From: an uncultured Bacteriovoracaceae bacterium
GTDB taxonomy: Bacteria > Bdellovibrionota > Bacteriovoracia > Bacteriovoracales > Bacteriovoracaceae
Direction of reading: 5' to 3'
Length of the DNA stretch: 32,000 nt
Assembly (NCBI GenBank): GCA_964012805.1
Contig: CAXGUD010000007.1
Span: forward strand, 88,931-120,930
Below, piece after piece: positions 14,808 to 21,992 of the stretch; position 1 is the first letter of the stretch, and every line of letters starts with the position of its first letter. Under the pieces are notes generated by a model that did not search any database, was not told the DNA's origin, and saw only the letters and a program-made list of their open reading frames with translations. A program made the position numbers and the translations under genes.

Positions 14808-16364
14808 ATGCAAACCTCTACAAAGAAAAAACTTAAAGATTTCTTGAGAGTCTCCTCGGAGTTTAAATTAGGTCAGTTAGATACTGAAAGAAGCCACTTA
14901 AAAACTAAAAACTTATCTGTTCTCGCTCAAGAAAATGTCAATGAAGCCATTGAAATAATTTCTGATATAGATCTTAAGGCCATAAGCATACTAGAAAATG
15001 AGCTAGGCCCTATCAAGGAATTGAAGAAGGAAATAGAAGGGACGATCGAATCAGGTGGTAAAGTTTTTATTTGCGGTTGTGGAGCAACCGGACGGCTCGC
15101 TCTTACTATTGAGAAGCTCTGGCGTGATGAATGCAAAAGTAAAAAAGTTAATTTAGATGATAGGGTTGTTAGTTTTATTGCAGGAGGTGATGTCGCTTTA
15201 ATTAGGTCAATCGAAAACTTTGAAGATTACCCTGACTATGGTGCTAGACAACTGGTAGAGTTAGGCTTTTCAGAGAATGATCTTTTGATTAGTTGTACAG
15301 AGGGGGGAGAAACACCATTTGTCATCGGCGCAACTGAAAAAGCAATAAGCATTTCTAAAAGAAGGCCCTTTTTCCTTTATTGCAATAGAAATGAAACACT
15401 TACTAGGGTTGCTGCTCGGTCAAGAGTACTAATTCAAAGCCCAAAAGTGAAAAAAGTAAATCTTGTTACTGGGCCGATGGCCTTATCTGGAAGTACGAGA
15501 TTGCAAGCTTCAACAGTTCAGATGCTATTTGTAGGATTTGCTTTGCTTAAAAATAATAAAATTAAGGATGATCTTAATTTTTTATATCATTTTCTTAAAA
15601 GCAAGCCTTACCTTTTTCTCAAAAGCTTTATTGAAAAAGAGGCCAACTTTTTAAGGCAAAATAAACTGTTGTTATATTCAACAGATGAAAACCTCGGCAT
15701 TACAGTTTTAACAGATACCACGGAAAGGGCCCCGACATTTAATTTAAATCCTTTCGAGAATTTCAAAGATGGCTATTCTATACCATCAAACTTTTATCTC
15801 TATTTTCCTCACTCTAGAAATTCGCTGGAAGCTTGGAAGTTACTTCTTGGTAGAGCACCCAGAACTTTTTTGTGGAAAGAGGTAACTGATGAAACATGTT
15901 TTGACCGGTTAACTGGTTTTGATTTTAGTTGTGAACTTATTTCTAAAAGAAGAAATCTTGATGTTAGTCATGAGTTTTTTTCGATTCATCAGAAAGAAAA
16001 AGGGTTACTATTTAAGCTAGGTGACCTTGAGCACTGCTTGATTATTGAAAATAATAGACCTCTTATTGTTCATATTATTCTAAAAATGGTTCTAAATACT
16101 CTTTCGACTTTAGTCATGGGTAAGCTAGGACGTTTTCAAGGAAACCTTATGACTTGGGTCAAACCAAGTAATAACAAACTAATTGATCGAGCAATTCGAT
16201 ACTCTCAGGTTTTATTAGAAGAAAGGGGAATCACAGCGTCTTATGAAAATGTTGCCCGTGCATGCTTTATGACCCTGGAGCAGGAACAGTGGAATAGATC
16301 TCTAGTAATGGAAATAGTTAAGAAGGTTGAGAAAGATCAGCAAGGCCATGATAAAGTTATTTAA
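14808..16364 (+). CDS. Double-SIS-domain protein of the GCKR/MurQ family
   Basis: SIS 1: FICGCGATGRLALTIEKLWRDE and SCTEGGETPFVIGATEKA. SIS 2: TVLTDTTERAPTFNLNPFEN. These resemble MurQ and glucokinase-regulator motifs. The start could be TTG 14799 or ATG 14808. Confidence 0.8.
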   Translation: MQTSTKKKLKDFLRVSSEFKLGQLDTERSHLKTKNLSVLAQENVNEAIEIISDIDLKAISILENELGPIKELKKEIEGTIESGGKVFICGCGATGRLALTIEKLWRDECKSKKVNLDDRVVSFIAGGDVALIRSIENFEDYPDYGARQLVELGFSENDLLISCTEGGETPFVIGATEKAISISKRRPFFLYCNRNETLTRVAARSRVLIQSPKVKKVNLVTGPMALSGSTRLQASTVQMLFVGFALLKNNKIKDDLNFLYHFLKSKPYLFLKSFIEKEANFLRQNKLLLYSTDENLGITVLTDTTERAPTFNLNPFENFKDGYSIPSNFYLYFPHSRNSLEAWKLLLGRAPRTFLWKEVTDETCFDRLTGFDFSCELISKRRNLDVSHEFFSIHQKEKGLLFKLGDLEHCLIIENNRPLIVHIILKMVLNTLSTLVMGKLGRFQGNLMTWVKPSNNKLIDRAIRYSQVLLEERGITASYENVARACFMTLEQEQWNRSLVMEIVKKVEKDQQGHDKVI

Positions 16365-16515
16365 ATTTGTCTTTATCTTCTTTCTTCATTCCTTCCTTAA
16401 AATTTTTTAATGACTTGCCGAGTGCCCCACCTAAGTCAGGGAGTTTTTTACTTCCAAAAAGAAGAAGCACAAGAAACAAAACAATAATAATTTCTGTCGG
16501 GCCTAAACCAAGCAT
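16357..16515 (-). CDS. tatA: Sec-independent translocase component TatA/TatE family (52 aa), absent from the supplied ORF track
   Basis: The reverse complement translates to MLGLGPTEIIIVLFLVLLLFGSKKLPDLGGALGKSLKNFKEGMKKEDKDKFK*: short TM helix, FGxxKLPxLG hinge and amphipathic helix. An AGGAGTTCTTTG RBS precedes the ATG. Its 3' end overlaps the stop region of the convergent SIS gene by 8 bp. Confidence 0.94.
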   Translation of the reverse strand: MLGLGPTEIIIVLFLVLLLFGSKKLPDLGGALGKSLKNFKEGMKKEDKDKFK

Positions 16516-16527
16516 CAAAGAACTCCT

Positions 16528-17226
16528 TTAAGAAATAAATGGGTTGGATTTTTTTTCGGCATAAATTTGTGTTAAAGGTCCATGCCCTGGAATAACATTC
16601 GTTTCATCATGAAGGGTTAGTAACCTTTGTTTTATTGAGTTTATAATAAGATCTGAGTCCCCACCTGGTAGGTCAGTTCTTCCTATTGATCTTTGGAAGA
16701 GAGTATCTCCAGAAAATAAAATAGGAAGCTGAAATTTTTCTGAAAGAAAACAGCAGGATCCAGGGGTATGACCAGGGGTGTGAAGAGTATTAAGGATATT
16801 ATTGCATTCATTATTATTTTTTGAGTTTTCTGAAAGATGAAAGTTTTGTTCATCTTCTATATAAAAATCAACAGGGCGTGTTGGATCATCAGTTTTCGCT
16901 CCAAAAAATAGGCCTTGCTCTTTTAGGGCTTCATAAAGATAGAGATCTCCTTTATGTAGATATAATGGCGCATTTGTTAACTTATTAATAGAGACTGAAT
17001 GTCCGATATGATCAAAGTGAGCATGGGTATGAATAAGTTTTGTAACTTTTAAGCCTTTCTCTTTAATAATTTTGGATAGAGTTTTTTTATCATTCCCTGG
17101 ATCTACAATTATACACTCTTTGGTTTTAGTGGAGTATATAAGTGAGCAATTACATGCAAAGGTGCCAATGGGAAAGGTTTCGACTTTTAAATCATTATAT
17201 TCATGTTCAAAAATAAGTGGGACCAC
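16528..17226 (-). CDS. Metallo-beta-lactamase-fold hydrolase (glyoxalase II-like)
   Basis: LIHTHAHFDHIGH (HxHxDH), TPGHTPGSCCF, LFSGDTLFQRSIGRTDLPGG, VIPGHGPLT. Confidence 0.93.
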   Translation of the reverse strand: MVPLIFEHEYNDLKVETFPIGTFACNCSLIYSTKTKECIIVDPGNDKKTLSKIIKEKGLKVTKLIHTHAHFDHIGHSVSINKLTNAPLYLHKGDLYLYEALKEQGLFFGAKTDDPTRPVDFYIEDEQNFHLSENSKNNNECNNILNTLHTPGHTPGSCCFLSEKFQLPILFSGDTLFQRSIGRTDLPGGDSDLIINSIKQRLLTLHDETNVIPGHGPLTQIYAEKKSNPFIS

Positions 17227-17339
17227 TTTTTTAATCCTTTCAAGTCCTGGGGCGATGCAAATGTACCTGTGTTAACGGATAGAGAGAGACTATAACTTCC
17301 AAAAGAGAAGGAAAAGAGTTAATGGCGATACAGAGAGGA

Positions 17340-17543
17340 CTATTTATTTTGCGGTGAGTTGTTGCGGCGGGGTTCAATGCCTTTTTCTTGATTAAGTAAG
17401 TCAAGGGCATGGCTAAAGCAGACACCACAATCCTTGCCAATTCCAAGCTTGCTAAGAATCTCTTTGTGGGATTTCCCACGATTTGGCTTAGCTTGCTGTT
17501 TTAGGCTTTCTTCAGTTATTCCTTTGCAAATACAAATGTACAA
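17340..17543 (-). CDS. BFD-like [2Fe-2S]-binding protein (bacterioferritin-associated ferredoxin family)
   Basis: 67 aa, MYICICKGITEESL...LGIGKDCGVCFSHALDLL with the CxC...CxxC arrangement. Confidence 0.85.
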   Translation of the reverse strand: MYICICKGITEESLKQQAKPNRGKSHKEILSKLGIGKDCGVCFSHALDLLNQEKGIEPRRNNSPQNK

Positions 17544-17813
17544 TTTGAAGACCCCTTATTTTGTTTTATGTTATATTAAAAAGTTTCAATAATCAAACTT
17601 TTATTCGTCATGTAAAATAATTAGCTTTAGGTAGTTTTGGCAAATGATAATTGGAAAAACAGCGTATAACTGTTAAGTTATTGAAATTAAATAGTTTTCT
17701 GCTTGAGCATAGTAATGACGTTTTTAGCTTAAAAATTGACGAGAGAGGTTAAAAAAGTGGAGAATATTATAGTGGGTCAACAAAAAATGTGTGTTTAAAA
17801 AGGTCCCAATTTA

Positions 17814-19679
17814 ATGAAGCTTTACAAGGATGTAAGTTTTTTGTTTCGGTTTGCTAGGGTTCTGTTCACGACCCTCGTTATTTTTTTTAATCAAGAATCA
17901 TTTTCGTCTTACCCCTTTATCGCAGAAGTAACCCTTGTACGTGGTAAAGCTACGTTTTTACCAATTCCCGAAAAGAAGGCACTTACACTCAAGAAAGGTA
18001 TAAAAATTCGACAAGGCACCTCAATTGTTACAGGTAAAAATAGTTTTGTAAGACTTAGGTTTAAAAATGGCTCTCTTATCAGTTTGGGATCTAATAGTAA
18101 GATAGTTGTTTACAATGTTGGCAAGAAGAAAACTGGAGTAATTTCTCTTATTGAGGGAAAGCTAAGGTCCAAAATTGAGAAAAAAAATAAGGGCCAAGGC
18201 TTCTTTGTAAAAACGAGAACAGCTGCTTTAGGTGTTAGAGGTACAGAGTTTCAAACTATTTATAATAGGGAAAATAATGTAACATCGATGCTCACTTACG
18301 ATGGAAAAGTACAAGTTATTAAAGTTAATAAAAACTTAAAGAAAAAAACAAAAATTCTTCCAAAAACTGATAAGGAAATTTTAGAAAATAGAGAAATAGA
18401 ATTAAGAGAAGATTTGAAATCCAAAAGTGCTCAAGCTGTGGAAAAAGGCCAGTATGTAGGTATTAGCCCTAAGGTTAAAACTCCAAGTTTTCCCGTTAAA
18501 ATCTCACCAATCCAATTTACTGCTTTATATAATAACGACGAAATGAAAAAAGAAGGGGAAATTTCAAAAGCTGTAGATAAAAATGGTAAATTGATTGACC
18601 AGGTTGAGCAAAAGGCTCCCTTGGAAGGATTCAGAAATAGAAAAACAGGCAGTTATGCTCCTAGATCTGGAGGATTTCTTGATTTTAAAACGGGACTTTA
18701 TGTCCCTCCAAGTTTTAGTAGTCAATTTAATGAGAGGTTAGGTGTTTACGAAGATAAAAATATAGGGAGTGTGAATTTAAAAACAGGTCTTTATATAACC
18801 CCGGAAGGCTTGGATTTAGATCCAAAAAAAGGCTTTGTCCTTTCAAAAGAAGGTAAGAGTACTGAGAAGGCATTGAAAAAAAAATTGACTTTTCTTAACA
18901 GAAATATGGAGGTCCAATCTCCTTTAATCAGTAGTCGATTTGAGAAGAAGAAAAAAGAGACATTTGCTAAAAGTAAAGAAAAGAAATATTTCTTTGATAA
19001 AAAACAATTGTTAAAAAGAAACACACTTACGGTAGAGGTTGCAACCTTCTCTGAGAGTTTGGGTTTTGAGGATAACAATCTCGATAATAATAATTCTTTA
19101 AGTAACAGTAGAAGTGAACTCAATCTGTCCTTATTCCATGGTGGTAATAAATTTGGTCGTTTATTTACATCTTTTTCTATAGGTACGTATTCTAGTTCTA
19201 AAGTACATGAAGGATCAAACTTGAGAGGTTTAAAGTTTGGTGTTGAGCTTGATTACGAGAAATTCAGATATTTAAAATCATCTCTTATAACATTAGGCTT
19301 TCAAGAAAAGTTTTATAATTTTTTTCCATCTGATTTTTCGACAACAAATGTGACTTACTTAAAAAGAATTTTTGTTCCTCAGTTAGAAGGAGAAACGGCC
19401 ATTAATATTTTGAAAATGAAGAGGCTTGATATTAATGGAAAGGCCATGCTACGTTACCTCTTTCATTCTCGAACCGACTCAGGACTATCTGCTAAGCATG
19501 GTTTTGGTTTTGGGATGGGTTTGAATATTAGATTTGGAGTCATCCCACAAAAATTATGGTTAAAAACTTATTTGGATTACAGAAATGAAAACCAGACGGT
19601 TAACGGCCCTTTAGATAAATTTATTCAAAAAAGAGGGCAGGTAATTGCAGGCCTAAAGCTTTTTTATGATTTGATTTAA
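17814..19679 (+). CDS. FecR-domain protein with a probable C-terminal outer-membrane beta-barrel-like region
   Basis: N-terminal FecR features (VTLVRGKATFLP, LKKGIKIRQGTSIVTGKNSFVRLRFKNGSLISLGSNS, FFVKTRTAALGVRGTEFQ). Amphipathic beta-strand-like C-terminus (RGLKFGVELDYEKFRY, FGMGLNIRFGVIPQKLWLKTYLDYRN, GQVIAGLKLFYDLI). Confidence 0.8.
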   Translation: MKLYKDVSFLFRFARVLFTTLVIFFNQESFSSYPFIAEVTLVRGKATFLPIPEKKALTLKKGIKIRQGTSIVTGKNSFVRLRFKNGSLISLGSNSKIVVYNVGKKKTGVISLIEGKLRSKIEKKNKGQGFFVKTRTAALGVRGTEFQTIYNRENNVTSMLTYDGKVQVIKVNKNLKKKTKILPKTDKEILENREIELREDLKSKSAQAVEKGQYVGISPKVKTPSFPVKISPIQFTALYNNDEMKKEGEISKAVDKNGKLIDQVEQKAPLEGFRNRKTGSYAPRSGGFLDFKTGLYVPPSFSSQFNERLGVYEDKNIGSVNLKTGLYITPEGLDLDPKKGFVLSKEGKSTEKALKKKLTFLNRNMEVQSPLISSRFEKKKKETFAKSKEKKYFFDKKQLLKRNTLTVEVATFSESLGFEDNNLDNNNSLSNSRSELNLSLFHGGNKFGRLFTSFSIGTYSSSKVHEGSNLRGLKFGVELDYEKFRYLKSSLITLGFQEKFYNFFPSDFSTTNVTYLKRIFVPQLEGETAINILKMKRLDINGKAMLRYLFHSRTDSGLSAKHGFGFGMGLNIRFGVIPQKLWLKTYLDYRNENQTVNGPLDKFIQKRGQVIAGLKLFYDLI

Positions 19680-20584
19680 TTCAGGGAAGCTTTCAGCTTC
19701 AAGATAATTTCCCTAGCAATATTAATTTTCGAGAATTTTTCGAACTGCTCAAAACCTGGAGAACAATTCATTTCTATAATGAGAGGCCCTTCTGAGGTCA
19801 TTAAAAAATCTAACCCAAGGTAAAATGCTCCGGAGTTTTCAAACGTTTTGTGGGAGAATTCTAAGATTTCTTTGGGAAGGTTTTTTGAGGTAATATATTT
19901 AGGAGATGAAACTAATCTTTCACTATTCTTTCTAAAATCAAAAGGTTGTGGCTGCTGTTTCAAAACTCCTCCAAGGCATTCACCTCCAAGGAGAAATACT
20001 CTAAATTCATCAGCACCATGAATATATGGTTGAAGAACAAAGCGTTGATCTTTTATTGCCCAGAAAGTTTCTAAAAAAGAAAAAAGAGAATCTTTTCCTC
20101 TTACAATGTTAACACCTAAACCTCGATTACCTCGATTAGTCTTCAAAATAAAAATATCGTCCTTTAGGTAAGGATAAAAAACAACATCTACTTCACTTAG
20201 AGTCGAGGTGAGAGGAGCTCCCCTAATTGAAAGCGTAGGAATTTGTGGAATTTTTTTTTCGAAAAAAAATAAGGCTTGTTTTTCTTTATCTCTAAAACTT
20301 CTTAGTACTTTAGGGTTATTTTCTATTAGAGCGCCTTTAAGAATTAGATTTTCTGAAAAAAGTAAATCAAAGTCATCAAAGCTGACACCAGAAGAGCGGT
20401 GTAGCCCTATAGTGCCTTCTTTTAAAAGATTTAATGCGCCATGAAACTTTGCTCTGGATGAGTTAAAGGAGATAGTTTCTTGGAAGGGGTTAAGAGTTTT
20501 TGCTTCTAGCTGAAGTAACTCAGCTTCTTGGATCAGCCGTGTCGAAGTACGAGTGTTTGGGTTCTGAGTAAGAAGAAGGAACAT
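19676..20584 (-). CDS. RimK-like ATP-grasp protein
   Basis: VFYPYLKDDIFILKTNRGNRGLGVNIVRG, FVLQPYIHGADEFRVFLLGGECLGGVLKQ and FYLGLDFLMTSEGPLIIEMNCSPGFEQFEK are ATP-grasp/RimK motifs (terminal ExNxxPG). Confidence 0.85.
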   Translation of the reverse strand: MFLLLTQNPNTRTSTRLIQEAELLQLEAKTLNPFQETISFNSSRAKFHGALNLLKEGTIGLHRSSGVSFDDFDLLFSENLILKGALIENNPKVLRSFRDKEKQALFFFEKKIPQIPTLSIRGAPLTSTLSEVDVVFYPYLKDDIFILKTNRGNRGLGVNIVRGKDSLFSFLETFWAIKDQRFVLQPYIHGADEFRVFLLGGECLGGVLKQQPQPFDFRKNSERLVSSPKYITSKNLPKEILEFSHKTFENSGAFYLGLDFLMTSEGPLIIEMNCSPGFEQFEKFSKINIAREIILKLKASLN

Positions 20585-20713
20585 AATTGAAGCCCATGAT
20601 TTTTATTATTTGTTCATTAAAATCTTTTCTGAAGACTAGAAAAGAAGTTATACTATGCAGCCGGTGGTATATTCAATATTATTGATACTCCAAAAAGGTT
20701 TTGTGGAAACAAA

Positions 20714-21832
20714 ATGAAAAAAATTTTAATTCTTATTTATCTGGCTATTTTTCTTTATCAAGCAGATTCTTTTGGTGTTATTGATAGGCGCGGTGCAAAG
20801 AGTCTTTCTGGGCTTGTTGTAGGCAAAGAGGTAGATTTAAACTCTAATTTGTTTTCACTTTCTGAAGAGAGCTTTCCTGAGGTGCAACAATATTTAGATT
20901 ATATCTTAGATATCAAGGAGTCCTCACTTAAGAAAAAGAAAATACTTCACAAGGTGCCTTTAAAACCAGAAAAAGAGCCTGTGGTTAAGTTAAAACCGAA
21001 AGTGGCTAAATTTTGTAAAAAAGTTAGTAAACGCTTTCTTCACTACGGATGGGGAAAAAGTAAGTGCAGCCGCTACCCCTGGAACCATGTGAGAAACTCC
21101 GTAACTGGAGATCCATTGATTTGGGTGACATACGGTAATGAAGAGTTGCATAGGGAAAAGCCCAAAAACACTACCTTAATTTTATGTGGAGTTCATGGTG
21201 ATGAAATAACTCCAGTTAAATTTTGTTATGACATTATGAAGCATGTTAGAACCAATCAGCAAGCCTATAAAGAAAAATTGATTGTGATCGCTCCCATAGT
21301 TAACCCTGATTCTTTTTTTAGAAGAAGGCCTACAAGAACAAATCATAGAGGGATTGATATCAATAGAAACTTTCCAACGAGAGACTGGAGAAGAAATGCT
21401 CTCAAAATGTGGAAAAGGCGTTATAGAAAGGATAAAAGAAGGTATCCCGGTAAAAGACCCCTAAGTGAGCCAGAGGTTATTTTTCAGGTCAATTTAATAA
21501 AAAGATATAAGCCAAATAAAATAATTTCTGTTCATGCACCTCTCACAATAATTGATTATGATGGGCCTACTAAAAAGGGAAAAAACTTCAAAAAAGCCTC
21601 CCAGCTTTTGGTCCAAATGAGTCGAAAAGCTAGTGGCTATAGGATTAAGAACTACCCCTTTTTTCCAGGAAGCCTTGGAAATTGGGCCGGTAATGAGAGA
21701 GGAATTCCTACCTATACTCTAGAGCTTCCCAGCTCAGATAATAGAAAGCACAAGGAGTATTGGAGGCTTTTTAAAAGTGCAATTCACGCAGCTCTTCTTA
21801 AAGACTTTAGGGTTGATCAGGAAAGTTTATAA
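20714..21832 (+). CDS. Secreted M14-family zinc carboxypeptidase (MpaA-like)
   Basis: Signal peptide MKKILILIYLAIFLYQADSFG. Motifs: LCGVHGDEITP (HxxE), DINRNFPT, SVHAP (third zinc-ligand region), TYTLELPS (catalytic Glu region). Confidence 0.88.
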   Translation: MKKILILIYLAIFLYQADSFGVIDRRGAKSLSGLVVGKEVDLNSNLFSLSEESFPEVQQYLDYILDIKESSLKKKKILHKVPLKPEKEPVVKLKPKVAKFCKKVSKRFLHYGWGKSKCSRYPWNHVRNSVTGDPLIWVTYGNEELHREKPKNTTLILCGVHGDEITPVKFCYDIMKHVRTNQQAYKEKLIVIAPIVNPDSFFRRRPTRTNHRGIDINRNFPTRDWRRNALKMWKRRYRKDKRRYPGKRPLSEPEVIFQVNLIKRYKPNKIISVHAPLTIIDYDGPTKKGKNFKKASQLLVQMSRKASGYRIKNYPFFPGSLGNWAGNERGIPTYTLELPSSDNRKHKEYWRLFKSAIHAALLKDFRVDQESL

Positions 21833-21992
21833 TAATAATTTGGATTGAGTTAAACAAAAAAAGTTTCTGTTTTAATTCTGTAAACTTCTGAATTCACGAC
21901 TATTTTGGTTTTTTTGAACTAAACGCTCACTTTTACGAGAATTCTACCGAAATGCAACTTGTAAGGTCAAGTAATGTGAGGGTGGCACAAGA

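Noticed and set aside
16357-17543. Considered whether tatA/MBL/BFD form a novel redox-export module
   Set aside because: Each is a common housekeeping family and there is a ~110 bp gap between BFD and MBL. Nothing in the sequence supports a specific joint function.
21930-21992. TGGCAC-like sequence upstream of the PilZ/AAA+ gene as a sigma54 promoter
   Set aside because: GGTGGCAC is present, but no properly spaced TTGC(A/T) -12 element follows. It also sits too close to the GTG start.
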